Position numbers and translations under genes: made by a program. This document shows positions 1 through 10,475 of a stretch of DNA of 64,000 nt, piece after piece. The DNA comes from Alphaproteobacteria bacterium (GTDB lineage Bacteria; Pseudomonadota; Alphaproteobacteria; MPNO01; UBA830): positions 2,720,001 to 2,784,000 of the forward strand of contig OZ219791.1 in NCBI GenBank assembly GCA_964291215.2. The letters are read 5' to 3'. Every line of letters begins with the position of its first letter. The stretch's first letter is position 1. The notes under the pieces are model-generated. The model saw only the letters and a list, made by a program, of their open reading frames with translations, had not been told where the DNA came from and did not search any database.

Positions 1-1
1 C

Positions 2-175
2 GAGGCGACATTGTCGCGGTTGCGCGATCAGGAGGAACGCCAGGGGATGTCGACGGACGAGCGGGAGGCATGCCTGGCACTGGGCGCGAACCTGGTGGAT
101 CGTCGTGCGGTTGATCCCGAAACGCCGCGCCAACTCCGACTGCGAGACGCCCTGGTCGAGATAGTGCTCCAGTAA
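2..175 (+). CDS. 3' end of an unidentified gene entering from the left edge
   Basis: Frame is open from base 2 (EATLSRLRDQEERQG...LVEIVLQ) to TAA at 173-175. No family recognised. Confidence 0.4.
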   Translation, partial: EATLSRLRDQEERQGMSTDEREACLALGANLVDRRAVDPETPRQLRLRDALVEIVLQ

Positions 176-339
176 CATTCTGGTCTCCCATCCGTACATC
201 GGTGCCACATTCCTGCGGTGGTGATTTCGCCACCACCGCGGGCCACGTGCGCCGGAAGCGACAGGCCAAAACTGTCGAATTTGCGATTGCCGCTAACACC
301 GATGGTTTGAGCGCCGGTGCACCCTGGGGAGGCTCACCG

Positions 340-507
340 ATGACGAACATCGCGATCCGCAATCTCGACGACGACGTGAAGACGCGCCTGCGCGTGCGCA
401 CCGCCGGGCATCACCGGTCGGTGGAGGAAGAGGTGCTGGCAGGGCGCGGGCGAAGTCAGCGCCGATTGAGTACCGTCGTGCGGTGGATGAGGCGGATGTC
501 GGGGTAG
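340..507 (+). pseudogene. Truncated FitA/StbC-like ribbon-helix-helix antitoxin
   Basis: GGAGG RBS precedes ATG 340. MTNIAIRNLDDDVKTRLRVR...RSVEEE matches the FitA-type N-terminus. Similarity ends where the ORF meets the convergent TauD stop, and no PIN toxin follows. Confidence 0.65.
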
Positions 508-1328
508 GTGTAGCCGCCGGTGGCGCGATGGTTGACACACCGGTTGTCCCACATCAGGAGGTCGCCGTCGCGCCACTCGTGCCGGTAGCGGAACTCGCGC
601 TTTGCCGAGTGCCGCACGAGTTCGTCGAGCAGCGCATCGCCTTCCTCGCCGGCGAGGCCGCCGAGGCGGTACGTAAAACGCGGCGAGCAGTAGAGCGAAG
701 TGCGCCCGGTCTCGGGATGGACCTGCGCAAGCGGGTGCTCGATGTCCGGGTTTTCCCGCTCCTGGCGGATATAGAATTCTCGTGCGCCCCTGCGCTCTCC
801 GGATATCGGCGCACGGCTGTTCTTGAGCTTGCTGATCGAGTTCACGCCGCGCAGCCCGCCGATCCGCATTCGCATCGCTTCTGGCAGCCTCTCGTAGGCG
901 AGATACTGGTTGGTGAAGTCGGTTGCCCCACCCCGCGACGGATTCCTGAGCGCGTAGAGTATGGTGCACTTGGCCGGCCGCGGCTTGAACTGCAGGTCGG
1001 TGTGCCAGATGTCGCCGGCATCGACGACGCCGATATGCTCGCCGTTCTCGTCGACATCGTTGGAAAGGACAAGGATTTCCTGGTGATCCGCGAGCGCGTA
1101 GCGGGAGTTGTCGTGCACGATCACTTGTCCGAACAGCCGCGAAAACGCGATCTGTCCGTCAGGGGAGAGGTTCTGGCTGCGGAAGCACAGAACCTGATGC
1201 TTGAGGAATGCTTCGTTGACGGCGGTGAAGGTCTCGCCGTCGAGGGGGCGCGAGAGGTCGAGCCCGACGATTTCGGCCGCCATCACCTCGCTCAGCGGGG
1301 CGATGCGGAAGCCGTTGGCGGCAGCCAT
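456..1328 (-). CDS. TauD/TfdA family 2-oxoglutarate/Fe(II) dioxygenase
   Basis: WHTD (HxD) motif, HPLAQVHPETGR and WDNRCVNHRA motifs. Start trimmed to ATG 1328, which has a GGAGGG RBS. Confidence 0.9.
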   Translation of the reverse strand: MAAANGFRIAPLSEVMAAEIVGLDLSRPLDGETFTAVNEAFLKHQVLCFRSQNLSPDGQIAFSRLFGQVIVHDNSRYALADHQEILVLSNDVDENGEHIGVVDAGDIWHTDLQFKPRPAKCTILYALRNPSRGGATDFTNQYLAYERLPEAMRMRIGGLRGVNSISKLKNSRAPISGERRGAREFYIRQERENPDIEHPLAQVHPETGRTSLYCSPRFTYRLGGLAGEEGDALLDELVRHSAKREFRYRHEWRDGDLLMWDNRCVNHRATGGYTYPDIRLIHRTTVLNRR

Positions 1329-1350
1329 CCGGATCCCTCCTGCGTGGCGC

Positions 1351-2106
1351 CTAGGCCATGACGGTGCCGCCGTCGACGGAAATCGTCTGGCCGGTGACGA
1401 AACCGCTGGCGTCCGACGCAAGCCACATCACAGTGCCGACCATGTCATCGGGACCCGGATTCCGCCGCAGGCACTGGTCGTTCCTGATCACCTCGAGCGC
1501 GGTGTCGACCTTGCCGCCGAAGAACTCGGCCGTGCCTTCGGTGACGACAGCCGTCGGGGCGATCGCGTTGACCCGTATATCGTCGCGGCCGAGCTCGCGC
1601 GCCAGTGCGCGCGTCATGCCGATCACGGCCGCCTTCGAGGTCGTGTAATGCAGCGCGAACGGCATCCCGTAGGTCGCGGCAAGGGACGCGACGTTGATGA
1701 TGGAGCCGCCGCCGGCCTTGCGGAGCAGGGGCACGACGGCCTTGCAGCAGTTCCAGACGCCCTTGACGTTGACGTTCATCGTCCGGTCCCATTCGCCCTC
1801 GTCGAGCTGGTCGAAGCGCCCCCCGGTGAGGGCGCCGTAAAGTGCCGCGTTGTTGACCAGCACGTTGGCGCCTCCGAAGGCGCCTTCAGCGGCCTCCGCC
1901 ATCGCCGTTGCCGTTCCGGGATCGGTGACGTCAAGCTCCACGCCCAGAGCCCGGCCGTCGGCGCTCTCGATCCGTCGCACCGTCTCGCTGCAATCGAGAA
2001 CATCGCCAGCGACGACGCGCGCGCCGAGCCTGGCGGCTTCGATCGCATAGGCCTGGCCGAGGCCGCGTCCGGCACCGGTCACGATAACGATTTTGTCTTC
2101 GAGCAT
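1351..2106 (-). CDS. SDR family oxidoreductase
   Basis: TGAGRGLG Rossmann motif, NNAA, catalytic YTTSK, and a C-terminal VTGQTISVDGG. Confidence 0.93.
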   Translation of the reverse strand: MLEDKIVIVTGAGRGLGQAYAIEAARLGARVVAGDVLDCSETVRRIESADGRALGVELDVTDPGTATAMAEAAEGAFGGANVLVNNAALYGALTGGRFDQLDEGEWDRTMNVNVKGVWNCCKAVVPLLRKAGGGSIINVASLAATYGMPFALHYTTSKAAVIGMTRALARELGRDDIRVNAIAPTAVVTEGTAEFFGGKVDTALEVIRNDQCLRRNPGPDDMVGTVMWLASDASGFVTGQTISVDGGTVMA

Positions 2107-2116
2107 TGTCTCTCCG

Positions 2117-2671
2117 TTACGAAGGGTTGGCGGTCTCTTCCCGCATCCTGAGCTTCAGCCCGGCCACGGCCCACAGGTCGAGTCCCGATATCGAGGCGAT
2201 CTCGGCCAGCGAAAGCTTGGTTTCGGCGAGCAGCACTCGGGCATGGGATGTCGGCGAACGGCGGCGGGGGTTGTAGTGCCAAGGTCGTGGCGCAGCGTCC
2301 TGGACGGGTTGTCTTTCGTCGCGGTCGAGACCGCGCGCGCGGGCGGCGGCCAGCGCCTCCTCATGGCGCTGTTTCTCCCGTGCGCGGCACATCTCCTCGC
2401 TCCTGAACGTCTGGCGCGCGCGCGGGCTGTGGCCGCCATGGCGGAACATTTCCGCGAGGTCGTCGAACGGCGACGTTCCGGGCCGCCGCCGCTCGGGTGC
2501 CGGGTCCTGGTATCTCTCGCCGCCGGAGCGCGCCGCTTCCTCAAGCGTCAGGCCAATGCGGTCGGCCATGCGGGTGGCTGCGGCGAGCGCGTTCCGTCGC
2601 TCGCCTGCGAAGGGACTTTCCTTCGCCACGATGAGGAGGTTATGGAAGCGTTCTTGCTCCCGCAGTGTCAT
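2117..2671 (-). CDS. Hypothetical protein with a DUF2786-like N-terminal helical segment
   Basis: Sits in an operon-like position between the MetE-like and SDR genes. RFHNLLIVAKESPFAGERRNALAAATRM resembles DUF2786 by eye. Confidence 0.6.
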   Translation of the reverse strand: MTLREQERFHNLLIVAKESPFAGERRNALAAATRMADRIGLTLEEAARSGGERYQDPAPERRRPGTSPFDDLAEMFRHGGHSPRARQTFRSEEMCRAREKQRHEEALAAARARGLDRDERQPVQDAAPRPWHYNPRRRSPTSHARVLLAETKLSLAEIASISGLDLWAVAGLKLRMREETANPS

Positions 2672-2766
2672 GCCGTCAGAAATCTCGTCTCTCCGCCAAG
2701 CGTTCTGCCGGGAGCCGCGCACCGGCAAACCCCGGGGGCTCCGTGAATCCGGCGGTCAGAATAGCA

Positions 2767-3795
2767 CTAGAGCGTGCCGCGCACCAAGGCGGCGCCGTCG
2801 CACATGGCCTTGAGCTTGGCGAACGCGGTCTCGCGGGAGAGGTATTTCATGCCGCAATCCGGTGCAACCACGACCCTCTCGGGCTCGACACGATCGAAGG
2901 CGCGGCGGATGCGCGTCGCGACGGTTTCCGGAGTCTCGATTTCCACGGTGCTGAGGTCAAGCACGCCGAGGATTATCTTCTTTCCCGGAAGGCTGTCGAG
3001 GATCGCGAGATCCAGTCCCGACTGCGCTGTCTCGATGGAGATCTGATCGGCCGCGCAGTCGGCGAGTTCGGGCAGGAAGGAATAACCCTCGGGGCGTTGG
3101 TGCACGATGTGCGCGTAGCCGAAACAGATATGCACTGCGGTTTCCCCCGGCACCCCGTCCAGCGCCCGGTTGATTGCGCGGACGGCATATCTGCGCGCGA
3201 TTTCGGGGCGCGCCTGCATGTAGGGCTCGTCAAGCTGCACGACATCGGCACCGGCGGCGAAGAGATCGCGCACTTCCTCGTTCACCGCTGCGGCGTAGTC
3301 CATCGCCGCGGCCTCGTCGTCGGGATAGTGGTCGTTCTGCGCCTGCTGGGTCATCGTGAACGGGCCGGGCAAGGTGATCTTGATGCGGCGGTCGGTATTG
3401 GCGCGCAGGAATTTCACGTCATTGACCTCGATCGGCCGCTGGCGGCGGACCGGGCCCGAGATTCTCGGCACCGGGTTGGGATGCCCGGTGCGGTCGATCG
3501 CGGTACCGGGGTTGTCGATGTCGACTCCGCCGAGCGCGGTGGCGATGCGGTTGGAATAGCTCTCGCGCCTGATCTCGCCGTCCGAGATGATGTCGACGCC
3601 GGCGCGCTCCTGGTCGCGGATGGCGAGCAGTGTCGCGTCGTTCTGCGCCTGTTCGAGGAACTCGGGCGCGACGCGCCACAGTTCCCGGGCGCGCACGCGC
3701 GGCGGCAGGCGGCTCCTGAGATTGTCGCGGTCGACGAGCCAGTCCGGCTGCACGTAGCTGCCGACCACCGTCGTCGGCAGGAGATCCCCTGTCAT
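2767..3795 (-). CDS. Cobalamin-independent methionine synthase II family protein (single catalytic barrel, MetE C-terminal-like)
   Basis: TTVVGSY, DGEIRR, QLDEP, and Zn ligands in HICFG and APDCG. At 342 aa it has no N-terminal folate barrel. Confidence 0.88.
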   Translation of the reverse strand: MTGDLLPTTVVGSYVQPDWLVDRDNLRSRLPPRVRARELWRVAPEFLEQAQNDATLLAIRDQERAGVDIISDGEIRRESYSNRIATALGGVDIDNPGTAIDRTGHPNPVPRISGPVRRQRPIEVNDVKFLRANTDRRIKITLPGPFTMTQQAQNDHYPDDEAAAMDYAAAVNEEVRDLFAAGADVVQLDEPYMQARPEIARRYAVRAINRALDGVPGETAVHICFGYAHIVHQRPEGYSFLPELADCAADQISIETAQSGLDLAILDSLPGKKIILGVLDLSTVEIETPETVATRIRRAFDRVEPERVVVAPDCGMKYLSRETAFAKLKAMCDGAALVRGTL

Positions 3796-4232
3796 TTGGC
3801 CACCTTCTCCGTTTCCTCAAATCTCAGGCGCAGGGCGCCCGTACCGGTCTTCCGAAGCGAACGGAAGAAGCAGGACCGGTAGCCGACATGGCAGGCGCCG
3901 GCACGCTGCGGGCGCACGCGGAGAAGGATAGTATCCTGGTCGCAATCCACGCGAATCTCGGCAACGCGCTGGATCTGTCCGCTGGTGGCACCCTTGTGCC
4001 AGAGCCCGTTGCGGCTGCGGCTCCAGTACCAGGCCTCGCCGCTGTCGATGGTCCGCCGGAGTGCCTCGGCGTTCATCCAGGCGAGCATCAGCGCCTCGCC
4101 GGTATCGGCATCGACGGCGACCGCGGCGACGAGCCCCTCGGCATTGAACCGCGGTGCGAACGTCTCGCCTTCTTCAAGTTCGGCACGGTCCAGCGCGTCG
4201 CCGGACGGGAACTGCACACCTTCTCCTGCCAC
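3792..4232 (-). CDS. hisI: Phosphoribosyl-AMP cyclohydrolase
   Basis: [26 protein letters not shown] and [10 protein letters not shown] motifs. Confidence 0.95.
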   Translation of the reverse strand: MAGEGVQFPSGDALDRAELEEGETFAPRFNAEGLVAAVAVDADTGEALMLAWMNAEALRRTIDSGEAWYWSRSRNGLWHKGATSGQIQRVAEIRVDCDQDTILLRVRPQRAGACHVGYRSCFFRSLRKTGTGALRLRFEETEKVAK

Positions 4233-4234
4233 CG

Positions 4235-4843
4235 TCAGGGGTTCCGGATCATGGCAAGGAACTCGCGTCGTGTCGCGTGGTCGTCGCGGAAGGCGCCCAG
4301 CATGCGGCTGGTCACGGTGTGCGATTCAGACTTGTGGATGCCACGGGTCGTCATGCACTGGTGGCTGGCCTCGATCACCACAGCGACACCCTGGGGCTGC
4401 AGGACGCGGTCGATTGTGGCGGCGATGTCGACGGTCATCTTCTCCTGGATCTGAAGGCGCTTGGCAAAGATCTCGACCACGCGGGCAAGCTTGCTGATGC
4501 CGACGACGCGGCTGTTGGGGATGTAGGCGACATGGGCCCTGCCGATGATCGGCACCATGTGGTGCTCGCAATGTGATTCGAGCGCGATGTCGCGGATGAG
4601 GACCATCTCGTCGTAACCGCCGGTTTCTTCGAAGGTGAGTCTCAGGACTTCTTCGGGGTCGAGTTCGTAGCCGAGAAAGAACTCCCTGTAGGCGCGTGCG
4701 ACCCTGTCCGGCGTGCCGCGGAGGCCCTCGCGTTCCGGGTCGTCGCCGGCCCAGCGTATGAGTGTGCGCACGGCCTCCTCGACCTCCTCCTTCGTCGGCG
4801 TCTTAGAGCCGAGTCGATCCCTGCTGATTCCATCCATGGCCAT
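4235..4843 (-). CDS. folE: GTP cyclohydrolase I
   Basis: SHCEHH, GISKLAR, RLQIQE and HQCMTTRG motifs. Confidence 0.97.
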   Translation of the reverse strand: MAMDGISRDRLGSKTPTKEEVEEAVRTLIRWAGDDPEREGLRGTPDRVARAYREFFLGYELDPEEVLRLTFEETGGYDEMVLIRDIALESHCEHHMVPIIGRAHVAYIPNSRVVGISKLARVVEIFAKRLQIQEKMTVDIAATIDRVLQPQGVAVVIEASHQCMTTRGIHKSESHTVTSRMLGAFRDDHATRREFLAMIRNP

Positions 4844-4849
4844 GCTCCT

Positions 4850-5585
4850 TCAGCGTGATACTGGTCCCTTGGCGCGCCGAAGGCAAGGGCAGACGGCATC
4901 GTACCCGGTCTGGTCGGGACGCAGCCGACCGGTCGGGATCGCCGCCTTCTCAACACGATCGCGTGCTGGAAATCCGCACGCTCGGCGAGCAAGCGTATCG
5001 AGCCGAACTGCTCCAAGATTCCTCCCGAAGGCGATCCGGGCCTCAAGGCGCGCAAGTGGCGCGCCGATGCAGTGGTGACTACCGCGTCCGAATGACAGGT
5101 GGTTGATGTCCTGGCGCTCGACATCGAGTCGGTCCCGATCCTCGAACATGGCCGGATCCCGGTTGGCGGCGCCGACCGAGAGAGCGAGGATCTGGCCCTT
5201 GCGGGACCGGTGCTCCCCTGACCTCGCCATCCGCGAGCGCGTACTTGAAACCGGTCTGGACCGGCGAATCGAACCGCAGCAGTTTGTCGATCGCGTCCTC
5301 GATCAGCGACGGATCGTCGCGAAGGCGCTGAAGCTGGTCGGGGTTGCCCAGGAGCGCCAGCATGTCGTTGCCGATCAGGTTGGTGGTGGTCTCGTTGCTG
5401 ACGTCCAGAAGTAGACGCACCATGTTCAGCATTTCGCGCTCGCTGAGGCGGTCGCCCTCTTTCTCGACATGAACGAGGGCGCTTATGATGTCATCGCCGG
5501 GCTGTCGGCGCCGCTCTCTGATGATCGCCATGAAGAAATCGTGGAACGCCGCGCCGACAGCGTTGGCAGCCTTCTCTTCCTCTAG
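4850..5585 (-). pseudogene. Cytochrome P450, C-terminal half (frameshifted)
   Basis: I-helix remnant NETTTNLIGN, K-helix [14 protein letters not shown] and the heme motif [12 protein letters not shown] are spread over different frames. Confidence 0.85.
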
Positions 5586-5889
5586 AACTCGATCATCTTG
5601 GGCTGCTTGTGCGGGCTCGCCGCTCGTGAGAGCAGCAATCCTGTCGTTTCGGTGTCGAGGACGAGGATTCTCATCATCTCACAGCCTAATGTTGTCCAAT
5701 TGGGGCGGCGACTGGGGTGCAGATGGCCTGTTGGCCTTCAGCGCTTCACTCAGGCTGTCCATTGAGAACACAACCACCTGCCCAATGGCGTACCAGACCA
5801 CCATGATCCCAATGAACACGCCGAATGTCAAGATTGCGCCCCGCCCAATGCAAGGTGATCCCATGCTTGTTGATGTGATGTGATCGGAG

Positions 5890-7600
5890 TCCTGATCGCG
5901 GCGCGGGTCGACGCGTTCGAGGCTGCGATTTTGAGATTTGCTGACGCGCTGTTACGGCGCGGGGCGCGATTGGTCGGCGTATCCGGGGCGAGCGAGAGGC
6001 CTTGGTTGCCGGGCTCGAAAGCTTGCAGTTTCTGTCGGGGAGAGAGGCGCGGTCAGCCTGGTCTTGTGATTGCGTGCAGGACCTGCTTGCGCTTGTCGGC
6101 ATAGTGGCGTCGACGAAGCTGTTGAAGGGTTTGGGCAGCTTGCGTTTGTTGCGGATGATGATTGCGAGGGTGATCGCGTTGTTTGCGGGCGCGTTCGGAG
6201 CATGGAGTCGTCTTCGCAGAAGGTGGCGTCGCGGACATGATGATGGCTCTCGACTACCCAGTGTCCATGATTCCATGCGAGCAGCTGTTGCGGCGAGGCG
6301 CGTTCGGCCGAGGTCATGGCGTATTCGGTTGTCCGTTTTCTGGATTTCTTGAATTCGACGCGCCGGGTGACGCGGAAGATCTGCTTGACTAGTTGATCAT
6401 CTTCGCCAGCGGGGTGAAGATGGTGCGCTGGCGGCCATGCGCGGGCTTTTCGTTGTAGCGCTGGCGGTCTTCCAGTTGATGCTCTCTCGAAGGTGCGTTG
6501 CCCTTGACCATCAGTCCGCGCGATGGGTCTCGATGATCAGCCTCGCGGGTGGTGTGGAGCGCGTCGAGGGTGAGCAGACGGCCGGCGCCGTCGCGGCGTG
6601 GACGGCAGCGATCTCCCCGTCGTGATAGTTGAGGATTGAAACCGGCATACCGGTCCCGTGCCAGCGAGACTGTCTCGTAATGATCCTCGCCGGTGCGGCC
6701 GCGGATGCGCTTGCCGTCGACCGCGTTGCCGACCTGCGGCTGCGCGCCGCATCCTCGATCCATCCCGGGTCGGTGTTCTGCAGCACCCGGTGCACGGTCG
6801 AGACCGGCTTGTCCCTGTTCTTCCATGCTGCGCCAGCTCCTTCTGCGTCGTAGTGCGCCGCCGCAACCGCGCCGGTTCGCAAGCCAGCAAAATCACGCAC
6901 AGCACCGAGGCGATGCCCCTGCGCGCGCCGGAAAGCGCCGCTGATAAATCGAGCGCAACTCCTGCGCCGACCAGCGGCGCCCGCAACTCCCACGCCACAG
7001 GAAGCGGCGAACGATCCCGCAGCCGACATCGCGACGCAGCGGAAACACGTAAAGATCCTTCGCCTCCCCGGTCGCTATGGCGCCCGCTGGCGCGCGCATA
7101 GCTCCTGCCAACGCACTCCCAGTTCGCCGCCTTGTACATGGTGCCGCTGAACTTCGTCGGCAGGACAAACGACTCCGCAACAAGCAACGGCAGCCTCCCA
7201 GTCGCCGCCGCACCATCCGCGACAACGCAAACGAGGCCCGGAAACGACCACCAAGAACAACAAACCTCGTGTTGTTCCCGGCAACCGCCTGAACTGTTCC
7301 TCGCGGCGCCAGCCAATCCAACGGGTGCGCAGCTGAGGGCGCCCGTCTGCCAGCCCGCAGCACCAATCCACCGCCCGCGCCAGGTGAACACGCAGACCTC
7401 GACCGGCAAACTGCTTGAAACCAAGATACGGTCAACAACACGGTTCCAGCGACATCAGGCCGCGCAAGGCGCACAACCACATCCCGGAGCGCAAAACCCT
7501 CCGGAGTCGTCTCAAAAAAATCCGCTGCCCCCACGACAACGGATACTACGTCGCTTCACAAAAAGCCAGCGAAAATGCGAATCATCCTGAACAAGCAAAA
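5890..7600 (-). mobile_element. Degraded ISAs1-family transposase with an upstream DUF4338-like domain (copy 1); boundaries approximate
   Basis: ISAs1 motifs in pieces: AVDGKRIRG, LTLDALHT, VKGN, HWVVES..HHVRDATFCED. DUF4338-like LVAESFV..FSGTMYKAANW and NNTRFVVL lie at 7100-7300. Confidence 0.8.
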
Positions 7601-7824
7601 CCGACCCTTCCAACAAACCTAGCGTGGGATCGCCGTGCCGCCCAATGCCTCTGAACAATGCTTTTAGCATGGTCTCATGCCTCCGGATCAGTTATGCCGA
7701 GCTGCTTCTTGCGCTCTTCCCGTTACAGGCAGTGAATCGCCCCGTCAAGCCGGAGCCCAAGCAATCCTACAGTCTCTGCGATCTCCCCTATCGGGAGCAG
7801 CCCTTCAATCTTCCTGTGCTCTAG

Positions 7825-8423
7825 CTCTCCTGATCATCGTCGGTTCGAGCGCGCGGGCGCGCTGTGCGGACCAGACACTGAATTCGGGGATAGTCCTCAG
7901 GCGGTACGCCGAGCATCTCGGCGATCACGATGACCGGCAGCGGCTGGGCTAGAGCGGTCATGAGGTCGAAGCCGCCCGGATCCCCGATATCGTCGAGAAA
8001 TGCCCCGGTCAGGCTCCGGATGCGGGGTTCCAGGACGCTGACCGCTCTCAGGGTGAAGGCCTTGTTGACCAGGGGCGCAGGCGCTTGTGGTCCGGCGGAT
8101 CGAGGAACAGCATCGTGAAATCGTCAGCTTCCGGTAGCGCGTCGCGCTGCCGGCGCGACAGATCGCTGTTGCGTGGGTCGGTGCTGAATTGCCGGGGATT
8201 GCGCAGCACCGCGTCGATGTCGGCATGGCGTGTCAGGAACTAGCCGTTGACGAGCTTGGAATGATGCACAGGATCGCGCGCGCAGCCTGGCGTAGGCGGC
8301 ATAGGGGTTCCGGACCATGTCCGCGGTGAACGGGTTGTAGACGATGCTGCTCCGCCAGCGTTCCTGGAGGAGAAGCGCTTCGACAAGGGCTGACCGGAAC
8401 ATGTTGCGGAGCGGGAGCATCAC
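7825..8423 (-). pseudogene. Cytochrome P450, N-terminal half (frameshifts and an internal stop)
   Basis: NPYAAYARLR, MLFLDPPDH, LVNKAFT and AQPLPVIVIAEMLGVP occur across frames and complement the fragment at 4850-5585. Confidence 0.8.
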
Positions 8424-8626
8424 GGCCTTTGCTTTCGGGATCCGCGCATGTGCGCGTTTCCGATTCTAGGTGCCGCCATGCTACCGGTCCAACCGGAAAG
8501 GCGGGCGGCGCGGTGCCGGACTCGGCGCCAGAGTTGCGAAGCCGGCGTCCAAGCGGACCGCTGCCGGCGTTGTGCGAAGAAGCCTTTTCTGGAAATATGC
8601 GGCGTTGGCGGAGACGGTGGAGGCCG

Positions 8627-9541
8627 ATGCGTGACTATTGGGCGATAGCCTGCGTTGCCGCGATCTTTCTGGTCTTTCAGGCGTTCACGTTCTTCGGCGG
8701 AACCGGGACCGTGGGTGACCTCGTTGTCCGCGAGCAGACGCGTGTTGCGGCGAAGATCGAGGATCTCGGCAGGATGATCGATGCCGGCCAGCTGGAGAAT
8801 ATCCGGCTGGTGCGCCGCTACGCCGAGGAGGTGCGGGCCGCCCGTCCGGAGCTCGCGAGAGCCGCCGGCGAGCTGGGCAGGGAGGCAACCACCCGGGGCC
8901 GCCACTTCACCGGCCTGCAGAAGCGGATTGCCGCGATCGACATCGCGCCGCGTGGCGAAGACGCAGCCACCCGGGCGCTCGACGAGATTATCCGCATTGA
9001 AGCCGCTGCCGATCCCGTGGTCTTCAACGATTCGCTGATCGACGTCCTCAATGTCCTCGCCGATCTGTCCGGAGAGCGGCTCGGCCGTGTCGAGGGCGAT
9101 GTCGGCGGCGCGGTTGCGGCGCAGGGCGCAGGCTCTCACCTTGTGGGCAATCCGGCCTACGGGCGCTGGCAGCAGGATTCGTCGGGCAGCAGCTTCTGGG
9201 TCTGGTACGGCGCCTACGCGCTCCTGGGCCAAGCGTTCTGGAGGCCAGGCCCGTACTATTACAACGACTGGTACCGGCGGCGCGGATGGAGCTATTACGG
9301 CGATGTCGGGCGCAACTATTACGCTACCCGCGGCGATCAGCGGCGCTGGAGCGACGCGCAGCGGCGCAATCCTGACGTCGGGCAGACGACCCGGCGCAGC
9401 CCGCGCAGCGTGTCGCGGCTCTCGACCTACGGGCGTTCCGACGCCCGCGGCGCGGCGCAGACGGTGCGGCGCGCGTCGTCCTATTCGGGATACGGCTCGT
9501 CCGTGCGCGGCATGGCCTCGGGCGGCAGGCGCGGCAAGTGA
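8627..9541 (+). CDS. Membrane-anchored or exported helical protein with a W/Y/G-rich region and a Ser/Gly/Arg tail ending in GK
   Basis: GGAGG RBS before ATG 8627, an N-terminal hydrophobic helix, VGNPAYGRWQQDSSGSSFWVWYG, and tail SSVRGMASGGRRGK. First gene of a co-oriented cluster. Confidence 0.75.
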   Translation: MRDYWAIACVAAIFLVFQAFTFFGGTGTVGDLVVREQTRVAAKIEDLGRMIDAGQLENIRLVRRYAEEVRAARPELARAAGELGREATTRGRHFTGLQKRIAAIDIAPRGEDAATRALDEIIRIEAAADPVVFNDSLIDVLNVLADLSGERLGRVEGDVGGAVAAQGAGSHLVGNPAYGRWQQDSSGSSFWVWYGAYALLGQAFWRPGPYYYNDWYRRRGWSYYGDVGRNYYATRGDQRRWSDAQRRNPDVGQTTRRSPRSVSRLSTYGRSDARGAAQTVRRASSYSGYGSSVRGMASGGRRGK

Positions 9542-9564
9542 ACCGCTAACGGGAGTGTCTTGAC

Positions 9565-10458
9565 ATGCTGGATGCGAATTTCTCCGGCCAGATGTTGATC
9601 ATGCTGCTTGTCGGCTTCGTGATCGTGTTTGCGATCCTGCTCTGCGTGCGGGCATTGTACGGCGCGACGGTGCGGGTCGACGCGACCGACGAGCTCTCCG
9701 GCAGGGACAATTTCGCGTTTGGAATCGGTCTTGCCGGCATGACCCTGGGCATCGGAATCATGCTCAGCGGCGTCGCCGAGGGAGACTACGCCGCTGCCCT
9801 CGGCGAGGAGACGGGAACGCTCGCGGTCTACGCCGTGCTCGGTCTGGTCCTGATGTGGCTCACGCGTCTGATCTTCGACCGCGTCTCGATTCCGGCTTTC
9901 GCGGTCGGGACCGAGATCCGGAACGGCAACATTCCGATCGCCATCGTCGAGGCCGGCAACGTCCTCGCCACGGCGATCATGGTTCGCGCCGTGATCGCAT
10001 GGTCGGAGGGCGCGCTTGCCGCCGCCGTCGTCGCGGTGCTGTGCGGCTACGTGGTCACGCAGGTCATCCTCACGCTCACCACCTACTACCGCGTATGGCT
10101 GTTCGCCAGGCGCAACGAAGGGCGACGTTTCCAGGATGCGGTGCAGTCGGGCAATACGGCGCTCGCGCTGCGTTTCGCCGGATTCCAGGCCGGGATCGCG
10201 CTCGCAGTCACTGCGGCGTCGCAGATCGTGGAGTATGACCCTGGCGGCGACCCGTTTCTTCTCGCGATGGCATGGGGCGCCTGCTCGATCGTGCTTGCGG
10301 CGGCGCTGATCGTGCTCAGCCTGCTCGCGGAACGCTTCGTCCTGCGCCGCATCGACGTCTCCGAGGAAGTCGACCGCCAGAAGAATGTCGGGGTCGCGCT
10401 GACCGAGGCCGCCGTCTATACCGCGATCGGGCTGCTGTTCATCGGATTCCTCTCCTGA
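9565..10458 (+). CDS. DUF350 (YjfL-like) polytopic membrane protein with repeated domains
   Basis: Repeated E(L/I/V)xxxxN(F/I/T/V)A motifs following TM helices (ELSGRDNFAFG, EIRNGNIPIA, AVQSGNTALA, EVDRQKNVGVA). Confidence 0.82.
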   Translation: MLDANFSGQMLIMLLVGFVIVFAILLCVRALYGATVRVDATDELSGRDNFAFGIGLAGMTLGIGIMLSGVAEGDYAAALGEETGTLAVYAVLGLVLMWLTRLIFDRVSIPAFAVGTEIRNGNIPIAIVEAGNVLATAIMVRAVIAWSEGALAAAVVAVLCGYVVTQVILTLTTYYRVWLFARRNEGRRFQDAVQSGNTALALRFAGFQAGIALAVTAASQIVEYDPGGDPFLLAMAWGACSIVLAAALIVLSLLAERFVLRRIDVSEEVDRQKNVGVALTEAAVYTAIGLLFIGFLS

Positions 10459-10475
10459 GCCGACCCGTGGCGTTC

